64,000 nt of DNA from Candidatus Kuenenbacteria bacterium (GTDB taxonomy: Bacteria > Patescibacteriota > Patescibacteriia > UBA11705 > JABHMO01), in NCBI GenBank assembly GCA_013202715.1, contig JABMRF010000007.1:72566-136565 (forward strand). Reading direction: 5' to 3'. Below, piece by piece: positions 9,733 to 20,471 of the stretch (positions within the stretch are counted from its first letter, which is position 1; each line of letters begins with the position of its first letter). Under the pieces are notes generated by a model that saw only the letters and a program-made list of their open reading frames with translations, was not told the origin of the DNA and made no database searches. The translations under genes were made by a program, and so were the position numbers.

Positions 9733-12690
9733 ATGAGTCTAATTTCTGAGTCAAACGAACAACAAAGGCAAGCGATTGTCCATGAAAATGGGCCTCAGCT
9801 GATAGTTGCTGGCGCCGGAACAGGAAAAACTCGCGTTATTACAGCGCGAATTGCTTATTTGATTACAGAAAAGGATGTTAATGTGGATGAAATTTTAGCT
9901 TTGACTTTTACCGAGAAGGCGTCTCAGGAAATGGAAGAGCGGGTGGATCAGATGTTGCCATACGGATATGTTGATTTGTGGATTTCAACTTTTCATGCCT
10001 TTTGCGATAAAGTTTTGAAAAGGCATGCGCTTGATATTGGCCTTGCTAATGATTTTAAACTTTTGGATCAAACTGAAACCTGGCTTCTCATTAGAAAAAA
10101 CCTGGACAAGTTTAATCTGGATTATTATCGACCAATGGGTAATCCTTCCAAGTTTATTCACGCCCTAATCAAACATTTTTCCCGGTGCAAAGACGAAGGG
10201 ATTTATCCGAAAGATTATTTGGAATATGCAGAAGAAATTAAGTTAAACAACGATGCTCGCGACCTGGTTAAAACTATAAAACTTGATAAGTTTTCTGATG
10301 AACAAAAAAAAGAGTTATACGCTACAGAAATTCTCCGCGTTGAAGAGGTTGCAAACGCTTATCATGTTTATCAACAAATTCTTTTGGAAAATAACAGTTT
10401 GGATTTTGCGGATTTGATAAATTGGACGATAAAACTTTTCAAGGATCGCCCATTAATACTGGAAAAATACAGACAACAATTTAAATACGTTTTGGTTGAT
10501 GAATTTCAGGACACAAATTTCGTACAGTATGAATTGATAAAACAGTTGTCTGCACCAAAAAATAATATCACAGTTGTGGGCGATGACGATCAGTCGATTT
10601 ATAAATTCCGTGGTGCGTCCATTTCAAATATCATGCAGTTCAAAGAAGATTTTCCGGATGCAAAAGAGGTTGTGCTTACTGACAATTATCGTTCATGCCA
10701 GGAAATACTGGATTTGTCATATAAATTCATTATCCAAAACAATCCGTATCGACTGGAAGAAAAGCTTGGCATTGATAAAAAATTGATTTCACACAAAAAA
10801 GAAAATTGTGAGATCGAACATATTCACCGGCAGTCGGTAGAAGAAGAGGCTGAGGCCGTTATTAAAAAAATTATCCAAATTAGAAATGATAAACAGGTGG
10901 AGTGGTCTGATTTTGCGATTTTAGTTAGAGCCAATAACAGCGCTGATCTTTTTATTAATTATTTGGAGCAAGCAAAAATTCCATATCAGTTTTTAGCCAT
11001 GAAAGGACTTTACAATAAACCGCTCATCGTCGATTTGATCAGTTATTTTAAATTACTTGTTGATTATCATGAAAGTTCAGCAGTTTTTCGAATTCTAAAC
11101 CTGCAGTTTTTAGATTTAGCACCAGAACAAGTTATCAAGCTGATTCATTATTCCAGAAGAAAGGCAGTTTCTCTGTATGAGACTTTGAAATTGGCCACAA
11201 GTATTCCTGGTGTGAATGAGAGTACAATTATTACTTTGAGTAAAATAATTGCTCAGGTCGAAAAAGATACAGCACTCGCACAAAATAAAAAACCATCTGA
11301 AGTTTTGCTCAGTTTTGTCTATGATTCAGGGTATTTGGAATATTTGAAAAACCTACCAGAAGCCAAAGCAAAAGAAAATTTGGATTATTTACAGCAGTTT
11401 TTTAAAAAAGTTCAAAATTTTGAAACCAGCGCAGAAGATCCTCGTCTAACAGAATTTATGGAAATGCTCGATATGGAAATGCAGGCCGGTGATAGTGGAA
11501 AATTAATGTTTGACGTGGAGACCGGTCCGGATATGGTTAAAATTTTAACAATCCACAGCGCCAAGGGTCTGGAGTTTGATTATGTTTTTATAGCAAACTT
11601 AGTTGATCGAAAATTTCCAACTGATGAGCGCAAAGAGCCAATCGAAATACCGAGCGCCTTGATCAAAGAAAGTATACCAGAAGGGGATTTTCATTTGGAA
11701 GAAGAAAGACGACTCTTTTATGTCGCCATGACCAGAGCCAGAATGGGATTGTATTTTTCTTCGGCTGATAATTATGGAGGCGCGAGAAAGAAGAAGTTGT
11801 CGCGTTTTTTGACGGAGCTCGGATACGAGAAGGAAAAGGTAATAGAAATGGGAAAGGAAAAGGGGATAAAAGTGGTAAAAGGGGAAAAAAAAGAAACCGG
11901 ATTTGTTTACGAAGTCCCGAAAAAGTTCAGCTTTTCTCAAATGCAAGCTTATGAAATGTGTCCGCTCAAATATAAGTATGCAAATGTGCTTAAAATTCCG
12001 ACTTTTGGCAGTCATTATTTAACATTTGGAATCACAATCCACAATACGTTGCAAAAATTTCTTGAACAAAGCTTTGCCGCGAATTTAGTTGCCCAGCAAG
12101 ATCTATTTGGAGGGAAGAAGAGTGAGGGCAGTACACTCCTGGGGCTTGAAAAGCTTAATGAGCTTTATGAAGAGTGCTGGATAGATGATTGGTATGAAAA
12201 TGAAACTCAAAAGCAGGAATATTATAAAAAAGGAAAAGAGTTATTAAATAATTTTCATGAGAATTTTAAAAGAAATAATCCCAAAGTGAAATTTTTAGAA
12301 CAATCGTTTAATATAAAGCTTGGCGGTTATTCTTTTGGCGGACGAATTGACCGAGTTGATGAACTTGAAAATGGTATGGCGGAAATTGTTGATTATAAAA
12401 CCGGACAGTCCAAGGAAAAACTTTCGACCGATGATCGTAGGCAATTGTTGTTTTATCAAATCGCGGCTGAAGAAGCTCTTAATTTAAAATTGGAAAAATT
12501 AACTTACAATTATCTTGAATCTGGAACTGAATTATCGTTTCTTGGAAAAGAAGCGGACAAGCAAAAATTAAAAGATCGATTTTTGGAAAATATTGAACAG
12601 ATCAAGGATCAAAATTTTGATCCGAAGCCCAGTGTTCACATTTGTGCGTTTTGCGATTACAAAAATATTTGCGATTTTAGGAAAATTTAA
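9733..12690 (+). CDS. UvrD/PcrA-family SF1 helicase fused to C-terminal PD-(D/E)XK nuclease
   Basis: AGAGTGKT, VDEFQD, VGDDDQSIY, TIHSAKGLEF, EERRLFYVAMTRA; C-terminal GRIDRVD...VDYKTG and CPLKY...CAFCDYKNIC. Confidence 0.92.
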   Translation: MSLISESNEQQRQAIVHENGPQLIVAGAGTGKTRVITARIAYLITEKDVNVDEILALTFTEKASQEMEERVDQMLPYGYVDLWISTFHAFCDKVLKRHALDIGLANDFKLLDQTETWLLIRKNLDKFNLDYYRPMGNPSKFIHALIKHFSRCKDEGIYPKDYLEYAEEIKLNNDARDLVKTIKLDKFSDEQKKELYATEILRVEEVANAYHVYQQILLENNSLDFADLINWTIKLFKDRPLILEKYRQQFKYVLVDEFQDTNFVQYELIKQLSAPKNNITVVGDDDQSIYKFRGASISNIMQFKEDFPDAKEVVLTDNYRSCQEILDLSYKFIIQNNPYRLEEKLGIDKKLISHKKENCEIEHIHRQSVEEEAEAVIKKIIQIRNDKQVEWSDFAILVRANNSADLFINYLEQAKIPYQFLAMKGLYNKPLIVDLISYFKLLVDYHESSAVFRILNLQFLDLAPEQVIKLIHYSRRKAVSLYETLKLATSIPGVNESTIITLSKIIAQVEKDTALAQNKKPSEVLLSFVYDSGYLEYLKNLPEAKAKENLDYLQQFFKKVQNFETSAEDPRLTEFMEMLDMEMQAGDSGKLMFDVETGPDMVKILTIHSAKGLEFDYVFIANLVDRKFPTDERKEPIEIPSALIKESIPEGDFHLEEERRLFYVAMTRARMGLYFSSADNYGGARKKKLSRFLTELGYEKEKVIEMGKEKGIKVVKGEKKETGFVYEVPKKFSFSQMQAYEMCPLKYKYANVLKIPTFGSHYLTFGITIHNTLQKFLEQSFAANLVAQQDLFGGKKSEGSTLLGLEKLNELYEECWIDDWYENETQKQEYYKKGKELLNNFHENFKRNNPKVKFLEQSFNIKLGGYSFGGRIDRVDELENGMAEIVDYKTGQSKEKLSTDDRRQLLFYQIAAEEALNLKLEKLTYNYLESGTELSFLGKEADKQKLKDRFLENIEQIKDQNFDPKPSVHICAFCDYKNICDFRKI

Positions 12691-12736
12691 AAAAGAAACA
12701 CGCCCGCAGTGAAGCAGGCGTGAAGTTGATTTTTCT

Positions 12737-13363
12737 CTACAGGTTGAGCTGCAACCGGAAAAGGAACATGTTCGTTTCCTTGTCCGCTGGCGAAATGTCG
12801 TAACCCAGCCAGAACATTGCCGAACCGGCGGAAATTCCTCCTCCGAATGCGGCTTCGAACCAGTCATCTTCACTGAGGAAATGTTCTGTGAAGAGGCCGA
12901 CGCCCCATTTCTCGAAATTGTACATGAGGGTCGAGAGGATGTAGTACTGCCTGAACGTGTGCTCTCCATCTCCCTCTGTCGAGAGAGGAAAGTAAACGTC
13001 GCCTTCCAGGAAGAACAGCAGTTCATCAAGGCCGAGTGTCTGTTCCATCCAGACTGAGGCCAGCGCGCTCGTGCCACCGTCAGGTGACATGAATGTGCCA
13101 CCGAGTAGCCAGAGAGTTGTCTTCGGTAGACTCAGCTTCGGCCCTACGTAGGTGAAAAGCATCGGAGTCATGGTTCCGAAGTCCATCAGCGCCGTTCCGT
13201 GTACGTAACAGCTGAGATGTGCACTTTTGCTGAGCTCCGCATCGCCGATGTCCCTGCCGACGGCGATCATCAGTTGCCCGGTGGTCGTGTGCTCCTCGGC
13301 AAGAACTGACGACGAGAGACAGATCAGACAAAGAACAAACGTGAACAGTTGCAGTTTTCGCAT
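12737..13363 (-). CDS. signal-peptide protein, probable outer-membrane beta-barrel (cassette E)
   Basis: Signal peptide, about 10 amphipathic strands, ends MFLFRLQLNL; GC-rich; promoter TTGACA(13446-51)-17-TATACT, AGGAGG SD. Confidence 0.6.
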   Translation of the reverse strand: MRKLQLFTFVLCLICLSSSVLAEEHTTTGQLMIAVGRDIGDAELSKSAHLSCYVHGTALMDFGTMTPMLFTYVGPKLSLPKTTLWLLGGTFMSPDGGTSALASVWMEQTLGLDELLFFLEGDVYFPLSTEGDGEHTFRQYYILSTLMYNFEKWGVGLFTEHFLSEDDWFEAAFGGGISAGSAMFWLGYDISPADKETNMFLFRLQLNL

Positions 13364-13475
13364 TTTTTCCTCCTAAGGTTGCGAAATCATCCATCGATCA
13401 AATCTTAATCACTTAATACAAGAGTATAGCATACCGTTATATAACTGTCAATAGGTAAGCTAAAATTAGATAAAT

Positions 13476-13793
13476 ATGCCGGATTCATTCAAAAATCTCG
13501 TAGCGGGTAGATTTCAAAAATCGCCCTTGGCCAATCAAATCCGGTCCAGTCTTGTGATTGAATATGCAAACGAAACTATTAGACAGTTCTGGGGAAAAAA
13601 GGGGGCAGAGCAAGCCAAAGCGGTTTCATTAAAAAGACAAATTATCAAGATAGTGTGTCAGAATTCTATAATTGCTCAGGAGCTGAATTTTAAGAAGACA
13701 AAGATTATTGAATTAGTAAATCAGAAATTTCTGGCAGATACCGTCAAAAAACTCCAAATTGTGCAAAAGGGGATTGAAAAAGACCCAGTTTAA
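13476..13793 (+). CDS. DUF721/DciA-like protein
   Basis: About 100 aa; pattern 'IVCQNSIIAQELNFKKTKIIELVN' typical of DUF721. Confidence 0.65.
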   Translation: MPDSFKNLVAGRFQKSPLANQIRSSLVIEYANETIRQFWGKKGAEQAKAVSLKRQIIKIVCQNSIIAQELNFKKTKIIELVNQKFLADTVKKLQIVQKGIEKDPV

Positions 13794-13807
13794 TGATAGA
13801 ATGGAAT

Positions 13808-13883
13808 TAGTCTAGAGTCAAAAGTCAATAGTCTAGAGTTATTACAACTCAAGACTTATGACTCAAGACTTTTGACTTGAGTT
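13808..13883. repeat. 7-mer (AGTCTAG/AGTCAAA) array with inverted arms
   Basis: agtctagagtcaaaagtcaatagtctagag ... ctcaagacttatgactcaagacttttgact; a related copy lies at 50229-50302. Confidence 0.75.
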
Positions 13884-14270
13884 ATGAGTGTAGTCAAATA
13901 TTTAATCATTCTCGGAATTTGCACCGGTCTTTGTTGGGTGTCTTGGTTTTTTGTAGTGTTATTTATGAATCCATTTGAAACCGGGATTTTAGCTTTTTTG
14001 TTTTTTTATCTAAGTCTTGCTTTAGCATTGATCGGTACGTTTTCAATATTGGGATATTTATTTCGAATGATGATTTTGAAAAAAGATGAAATAGCTCATC
14101 GAGGTGTGAATATAGCATCTCGTCAGTCAGTTTTATTTTCAATTTTAATTATTGCTGCTTTATTTTTGCAAAGTCAAAGATTTTTAACCTGGTGGATTTT
14201 AGTGATTCTACTTGTATTTTTGGCATTTGTTGAACTATTTTTCATTTCATATAAAAAAGTTAATAAATAG
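13884..14270 (+). CDS. 4-TM membrane protein, unknown function
   Basis: Four hydrophobic segments, 'ASRQSVLFS' loop motif. Confidence 0.75.
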   Translation: MSVVKYLIILGICTGLCWVSWFFVVLFMNPFETGILAFLFFYLSLALALIGTFSILGYLFRMMILKKDEIAHRGVNIASRQSVLFSILIIAALFLQSQRFLTWWILVILLVFLAFVELFFISYKKVNK

Positions 14271-14416
14271 CGGGGAAAGTTAAACAAGCTAGACAAGCCA
14301 GACAAGCCAGACGAGTAAAGCGAATTTTGAAGTTAACTTAATTAACTCAATTCGCTCAATTCGCTCTCCTTCTTTTCTCGCTTTTCTCGCTTGTCTGGCT
14401 AGTCTTGCTTTTAAAT

Positions 14417-15661
14417 ATGAGACAAAGTAAACTATTTACAAAAACAATCAAGGACGCGCCAAAAGATGAAGTGAGTGTGAATGCTCAGCTTTTGATTAAG
14501 GCCGGCTTTGTTGATAAATTAATGGCCGGAGTTTATTCGTATTTGCCACTCGGCCTACTTACTCTTCGAAAAATAAATGATGTTGTTCGTGAAGAGATGA
14601 ATGCGATAGATGGGCAGGAAATTTTAATGCCAGCTTTGTCACCAAAAGAATTGTGGGACAAGACCGGACGTTGGGAAGACCCGGGGACGGAAGTTATGTT
14701 TCAGTTCAAGGGGCGAAGTGACAAAGAACTCGGTTTAGGCTGGACTCATGAAGAGGTTGTAACCCCACTTGTTCAAAAATTTGTTAAGTCGTATAAAGAT
14801 CTCCCAGTTGCCGTCTATCAAATTCAAGACAAATTTCGTAATGAACCGAGAGCAAAGTCAGGATTGATGCGCGGAATTGAGTTTTCCATGAAAGACTTAT
14901 ACAGTTTTCATACAACTGAAGAGGATATGTGGGATTATTATGAAAAATCAAAGCAAGCATATTTAAACGTGTTCAATCGCTGTGGATTGGACGCCAAAAT
15001 TGTGGAAGCAAGTGGTGGCGCATTTTCAAAATATTCTCACGAGTTTCAGGTTTTAACAGAATATGGAGAAGATACAGTATTTTATTGTTCAAAATGTGAC
15101 TTTGCCCAGAATTCTGAAATATCGAAAGTGAAAGCAGGCGATAAATGTCCGAAATGCGGCGAATCAATTTCAGAAGGAAAAGCAATTGAAGTTGGAAATA
15201 TCTTTCCTTTGAAAACCAAGTATTCTAGCGCTTTTAAATTTAAATATACTGCTGAAAATGGGAAAGAACAGGATGTAATAATGGGCTGTTATGGCATTGG
15301 GCCGTCAAGGGTAATGGGCTCTGTTGTTGAAATTCATCATGACGACAAAGGGATGATCTGGCCGGAGGAAATTGCACCGTTCAAGGTACATTTGCTTTTT
15401 CTCGGAAAAGACGATAAGATAAAGGCTGCAGCAGAAAAGCTTTATTTGGGCTTAAATGAGGCCGGTATTGAGGTTTTATTTGATGATCGAGATGTTTCAG
15501 CTGGTGTAAAATTGAACGATAGCGATTTAATTGGTCTTCCATATCGGATTGTGGTCAGTGAGAAGACCCTAGCTGAGGATAGTGTTGAGCTAAAAAAACG
15601 TGCCGATGAAAAGGTTGACCTGGTTGAGTTGAAAAAGGTGGTGAAAATGCTTAGTGCTTAA
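14417..15661 (+). CDS. proS: proline--tRNA ligase (short form, no editing domain)
   Basis: MRQSKLF, THEE, KFRNEPR, EFSMKDLYSF, MGCYGIG. Confidence 0.95.
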   Translation: MRQSKLFTKTIKDAPKDEVSVNAQLLIKAGFVDKLMAGVYSYLPLGLLTLRKINDVVREEMNAIDGQEILMPALSPKELWDKTGRWEDPGTEVMFQFKGRSDKELGLGWTHEEVVTPLVQKFVKSYKDLPVAVYQIQDKFRNEPRAKSGLMRGIEFSMKDLYSFHTTEEDMWDYYEKSKQAYLNVFNRCGLDAKIVEASGGAFSKYSHEFQVLTEYGEDTVFYCSKCDFAQNSEISKVKAGDKCPKCGESISEGKAIEVGNIFPLKTKYSSAFKFKYTAENGKEQDVIMGCYGIGPSRVMGSVVEIHHDDKGMIWPEEIAPFKVHLLFLGKDDKIKAAAEKLYLGLNEAGIEVLFDDRDVSAGVKLNDSDLIGLPYRIVVSEKTLAEDSVELKKRADEKVDLVELKKVVKMLSA

Positions 15662-15758
15662 AATTTTAATAACAATAAATCACATTTAACTTTTGTTATT
15701 TGGTATTTGACATTAAATTGACATTTGTCATTAGGCATTTGTCATTTTGTCTATAACA

Positions 15759-16814
15759 ATGTTCAATAATTTCTTGAATAAATTTTCAAAGAAAATAGGT
15801 ATTGACCTCGGAACGGCCAATACCGTGATTTGTTTACAAGACAAGGGCATTATTATTCGTGAACCGTCTATTGTCGCGGTAAATAATCGCCTGGATCAAA
15901 TTATTGCTGTTGGCGAAGAAGCCAGAAAAATGGTTGGCAAAACTCCAGCCTACATTACTTTGGTTTATCCATTGGTCAATGGCGTTATTTCAGATTTTGA
16001 AGTAACGGAAAAGATGTTAAAGTATTTTTTTGATAAGATATTTCAGGAAAATTTTAATTTTACCGCACGGCCAAGCGTGATTATCGGTATCCCACTTGAT
16101 CTTACGGAAGTTGAAAAAAAGGCGGTAGAGGATGCGGCTCTGGGTGCAGGTGCGGGCAAGGTTTTCCTAGTTGATGAAATTATGGCTTCTGCGATTGGGG
16201 CGAGGCTTCCCGTTCAGGATGCATCTGGCAGTATGCTGATCAGTCTTGGCGGAGGAAAAACAGAAATTGCGGTTATCTCTCTTCATGGAGTTGTTCTCTG
16301 GAAGTCATTAAAAGTTGCAGGGGAGGAATTAAGCAAAAATATTGTTCAATATGCTCGTGATAATTTTAATTTATTGATTGGTGAAAAAATTGCAGAGACT
16401 ATTAAAATGAAAATCGGTTCTTCCCATGAGCAGACAGAGCAATTGACTGTGGAAATGAGAGGTCGAGATTTGATTTCCGGTTTGCCGCGAGAAATCATTA
16501 TCAACGATTATCAGGTGAGAGAAGCACTGTCCGATTCAATTGCCAGTATTGTGGATGCCATTAAATCCGTTTTGGAAATAACGCCACCTGAATTGGTCGC
16601 AGATATTTATGAGCGTGGAATTGTGCTGTGTGGCGGTGGGGCTCAATTGAAAGGAATCGATCAAACCATTGCAAAGGAAACCGAAATTCCGGTCAGGATC
16701 GCTGATGATCCAACAACTTGTTCTATTCGTGGAATAAATTTGTTGCTTGATGATGAAAAACTTTTGAAAGAAGTTTTATTGCCATCAGCAAATGATGAAA
16801 AGGTTGTTAGATAA
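15759..16814 (+). CDS. mreB: rod shape-determining protein MreB
   Basis: IGIDLGTANT, EPSIVA, RGRDLISGLPR, followed by mreC/D/pbp2. Confidence 0.95.
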   Translation: MFNNFLNKFSKKIGIDLGTANTVICLQDKGIIIREPSIVAVNNRLDQIIAVGEEARKMVGKTPAYITLVYPLVNGVISDFEVTEKMLKYFFDKIFQENFNFTARPSVIIGIPLDLTEVEKKAVEDAALGAGAGKVFLVDEIMASAIGARLPVQDASGSMLISLGGGKTEIAVISLHGVVLWKSLKVAGEELSKNIVQYARDNFNLLIGEKIAETIKMKIGSSHEQTEQLTVEMRGRDLISGLPREIIINDYQVREALSDSIASIVDAIKSVLEITPPELVADIYERGIVLCGGGAQLKGIDQTIAKETEIPVRIADDPTTCSIRGINLLLDDEKLLKEVLLPSANDEKVVR

Positions 16815-16931
16815 AACCCAAAACCCAAGGGAAATTAGAAGCACGAAATCAAAAACATAAAGGAGCTTCTTGGAATTTAAAATTTTTAATTTATCATTTC
16901 CTTTGAATTTTGAGTTTTGTGCTTTGAATTT

Positions 16932-17744
16932 ATGCTTAAGAAGTCTTCAAAATTAATTCTGATTACAGTAGTTACAATTCTTCTACTGTTTTTTTTGCAT
17001 TACATAAGAGTGTTAAGTCCATTGGAAAATCTGATTGTCTCGACAACCAAACCTATATTTCATGGCGTTTATAAAACATCGAATTGGATTGGTGAAAATT
17101 ATCTTGACTATCAGTCCAGACAAAGACTTCTCCAAGAAAATAAGCAATTAAAAGATGACTTAGTTACATTGCTAAGAGAAAAAAGCCAATATTTAGTTGA
17201 AAAAGAAGAGAATGAATTTTTGAGATCTCAACTAAAAGTATTACAGGATAATAATTACGAATACGAAATAGCTAGAGTTATTGGAAAAAACGTAGACAAT
17301 ACGCAAAATTCTTTAGTCATTGACAAGGGAACCAAAAACAATATTTTGGTTGGTCAGCCGGTCTTGGCTGAACAGGGTATTTTGGTTGGAAAAATAATCA
17401 AGGTTACCAAGAATAGCGCCATGGTTTTATTAATTAACGATGATTTGTCAAAAGTAGCGGCAAAAATTCAAAATGACGCGAAAACGATTGGAATTGTAGA
17501 AGGGGAATATGGACTGGGCATCAAAATGAGACTGATTCCCAAAATTGAATTAGTAAAGGAGACAGATATTGTGGTAACGTCCGGACTTGAAAAGTACGTA
17601 CCGCCGAACTTGATAATTGGACAAATTGACAATGTGGTCGATCAACCGGAGGCCCTTTTTCAGGAGGCATCAATCAACTCGATTGTCGATTTATCCAAAG
17701 TGACTTTAGTTAATGTTATTATTGAAAAAATAGAGAATGATTAA
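16932..17744 (+). CDS. mreC: rod shape-determining protein MreC
   Basis: TM, coiled coil, IDKG...GILVGKI, IVVTSGL. Confidence 0.92.
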   Translation: MLKKSSKLILITVVTILLLFFLHYIRVLSPLENLIVSTTKPIFHGVYKTSNWIGENYLDYQSRQRLLQENKQLKDDLVTLLREKSQYLVEKEENEFLRSQLKVLQDNNYEYEIARVIGKNVDNTQNSLVIDKGTKNNILVGQPVLAEQGILVGKIIKVTKNSAMVLLINDDLSKVAAKIQNDAKTIGIVEGEYGLGIKMRLIPKIELVKETDIVVTSGLEKYVPPNLIIGQIDNVVDQPEALFQEASINSIVDLSKVTLVNVIIEKIEND

Positions 17745-18276
17745 ATTTATAAAACATTTTTTGTTACTGTTCAGTTTATTGATTGCCCAAATAGCTGTTG
17801 TGCCGGCCTTGCCAGGAAATTTTAAAAATTTGAATGTTATTTTGATTTCATTAGTTTTTATTTGTATCGTTTACAGATTTTATCTTGGGGTGAGTTATGC
17901 TCTGATTCTCGGTTTTGTTCTTGAATTATATTCAGCTCTGCCGTTTGGAGCCATGATTTTAAGTTTAATGTTGACTTTGTACGTGATTTATAAAATTTTT
18001 CAACATTTGCTTACTAATAAATCGTTTTACACACTGGCAGGCTTGAGTATTTTGGCAACGGTTATTTACAATGGGTTTATTTATGTTTACTTAGTGGCTC
18101 TTTACTTCAATCAAACAAAAGATCTTCAATTGATAAAACAGCTGTCAGTTTTGTCGGGAGTAAATATACTCTGGCAGTTGTTATTCAATATAATTTTTGT
18201 AACTATTTTATTTATTTTCTTTCATGTTTCAAGTACCAGATTTAAAGCAGTTTTTGTGGACACGGTCAAGAGGTAG
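17737..18276 (+). CDS. mreD: rod shape-determining protein MreD
   Basis: Multi-TM protein between mreC and pbp2; GFVLELYSALPFG. Confidence 0.8.
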   Translation: MIKFIKHFLLLFSLLIAQIAVVPALPGNFKNLNVILISLVFICIVYRFYLGVSYALILGFVLELYSALPFGAMILSLMLTLYVIYKIFQHLLTNKSFYTLAGLSILATVIYNGFIYVYLVALYFNQTKDLQLIKQLSVLSGVNILWQLLFNIIFVTILFIFFHVSSTRFKAVFVDTVKR

Positions 18277-18440
18277 AAAATGAAGAGCAAAGATCAAAGT
18301 TCAAGGATCAAAGAAAGATTAAGGAGTAAAGCATAAAGAATAAAGGCAGGTGAAAAAAGAGCTCTATCTCTTTTTGCTTTAATCTTTAAGCCTTGCCCTT
18401 TCTTTGCTCTTTGCTCCTTGTCCCTTGACCCTTAATTAGC

Positions 18441-20471
18441 ATGTCAATTTTTTCACGAATCAAAATTAAATTCTTAAGACAAAGAAGTTCCGAAGGCGAG
18501 AATTTGTTTTTATTTTTAAAAGATGGATTGAGTTTACAAAGTAAAGATTTGGCTAATAGAAGGAGAGGGGACTGGGTTGAGTCCGCTTTTATTAATAATT
18601 CAGATGAAGATGTTGCGCGAACAGGGAAAAATTATTTGGGCTTGAGTTTGAGTAATAAGAAGTTGGTCTTGTTTTTGTTGTTTGTGTTAACAGGGATTGG
18701 TTTGTTGTTCGGGCGGTCAGCTTATCTTCAGGTTGTAAAAGGGGATTATTATTTGAATATAGCGGAAAAAAACAGAATTCGAATATTTAATATTACCGCT
18801 CCGCGTGGAATTATTTATGATGTAAATAATGAAGCGTTAGTGAAGAATGTCCCAAGTTTTGCTGTGTTCATTACTCCTTATGATATGAATTTTAATTCAG
18901 ACCAGATTGAAAACACCAAAAAATGGCTTTATGAAAATCTTGAAGAAATAGAAATAAAAGAGAATTTAGAAAAGATTTTGGAATTAAAACAAAATGTAAA
19001 GGAATATTTTGAGCCGGTAATATTAATTGATGGATTGGAATATGAAAAAGCATTAGCCATGCGGATAGATAGTATGAATTATCCAGGTGTGAATATTCAG
19101 GTGACTGCAAAAAGGCAGTATCTAACATATTTCAAATGGCAGCCGGTGAGTAGCTTGGCTCACGTTCTTGGTTATCAGGGAAAAATTAATCCGGATGAAT
19201 ATGAAGAATTACAAAATTCAGGTTATTTGTTAAATGACTATATTGGAAAAACCGGGATTGAAACTTCATACGAAGAACAGTTTCGTGGGAAATATGGAAA
19301 AGAGCAGGTGGAAGTTGATTCTTCGGGCAAGGCGGTCAAAATTATTGCTCGGGAAGAAATGCAAAAAGGCGATAATATATTCTTGAGTATTGATTTGGAA
19401 ATGCAGGCGAAATTGGAGGCAATTATACAGAAATATTTATGGAAATTAAATAAAACAAAAGCGTCCGCAGTAGTCATGAATCCTGAGACCGGAAAAGTAT
19501 ATAGTCTGGTGAGTCTACCTGGTTACGACAACAATTTATTTGCTCAGGGCATTTCTCAGGATAATTTTGACAATTTACTAAAAGACAAAGATCGCCCCTT
19601 GTTCAATCGCGTACTTAGTGGTGAATATCCGTCCGGGTCAGTTATCAAGCCGGTGATTGGCGCGGCAGCGTTAGAAGAAAACGTTATAAATGAAAACAGT
19701 TCATTTCTGAGTGTTGGTGGGATCAGAATTACGGAATGGTTTTTTCCCGATTGGAAAGCCGGTGGTCACGGAATTACGAACATCAGAAAAGCAATAGCAG
19801 ATTCGGTGAATACATTTTTTTATATAATTGGCGGCGGACATGGTGATTTTGAAGGGCTTGGTGTTTATAAAATGAAAGAATATGCAGAAAAATTTGGTTT
19901 GAGCAGTATTACAGGAATTGATCTGCCAAATGAACAGTCTGGATTCTTGCCAACACCGGAATGGAAGCTGGAAACAAAAAAAGAACGCTGGTATATTGGT
20001 GACACGTATCACATGGCAATTGGCCAGGGTGATTTGTTGGTCACACCGCTTCAGGTTGCAAATTACACTTCTGTATTTGCAAACAATGGTAAATTGATGA
20101 AACCTCAAATTGTTGATCGTTATTTGGATCAGGAAAGTGGACAAGAAGTTGTTTTGGGCTCACAAATTATCCGTCAGGATTTTATTGAGCAAGAAAATAT
20201 AAATATTATCAGACAGGGAATGCGCCAGGCTGTAACAAATGGTAGTGCGAAGATTTTGAATTCTCTACCGGTAACTTCAGCTGCAAAAACTGGAACTGCG
20301 CAGTGGGCGACTGACAAAACACCTCATTCCTGGTTTACCGCTTTTGCGCCTTACAATGATTCTGAATTGGTGATTACCATTCTTGTTGAAGAGGGCGGTG
20401 AAGGAAGCGCAGTGAGTGCACCGATCGCGTATGAGTTTTTGAGCTGGTACTTTCGGGAGTATAGAAAGTAA
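18441..20471 (+). CDS. mrdA: penicillin-binding protein 2
   Basis: APRGIIYD, SxxK (GSVIK), SxN (SVN), KTG motifs. Confidence 0.95.
   Translation: MSIFSRIKIKFLRQRSSEGENLFLFLKDGLSLQSKDLANRRRGDWVESAFINNSDEDVARTGKNYLGLSLSNKKLVLFLLFVLTGIGLLFGRSAYLQVVKGDYYLNIAEKNRIRIFNITAPRGIIYDVNNEALVKNVPSFAVFITPYDMNFNSDQIENTKKWLYENLEEIEIKENLEKILELKQNVKEYFEPVILIDGLEYEKALAMRIDSMNYPGVNIQVTAKRQYLTYFKWQPVSSLAHVLGYQGKINPDEYEELQNSGYLLNDYIGKTGIETSYEEQFRGKYGKEQVEVDSSGKAVKIIAREEMQKGDNIFLSIDLEMQAKLEAIIQKYLWKLNKTKASAVVMNPETGKVYSLVSLPGYDNNLFAQGISQDNFDNLLKDKDRPLFNRVLSGEYPSGSVIKPVIGAAALEENVINENSSFLSVGGIRITEWFFPDWKAGGHGITNIRKAIADSVNTFFYIIGGGHGDFEGLGVYKMKEYAEKFGLSSITGIDLPNEQSGFLPTPEWKLETKKERWYIGDTYHMAIGQGDLLVTPLQVANYTSVFANNGKLMKPQIVDRYLDQESGQEVVLGSQIIRQDFIEQENINIIRQGMRQAVTNGSAKILNSLPVTSAAKTGTAQWATDKTPHSWFTAFAPYNDSELVITILVEEGGEGSAVSAPIAYEFLSWYFREYRK

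Noticed and set aside
11920-12690. Cas4/CRISPR locus
   Set aside because: The Cys-containing PD-(D/E)XK domain is the C-terminus of a UvrD helicase; no repeat-spacer array or other cas genes are seen
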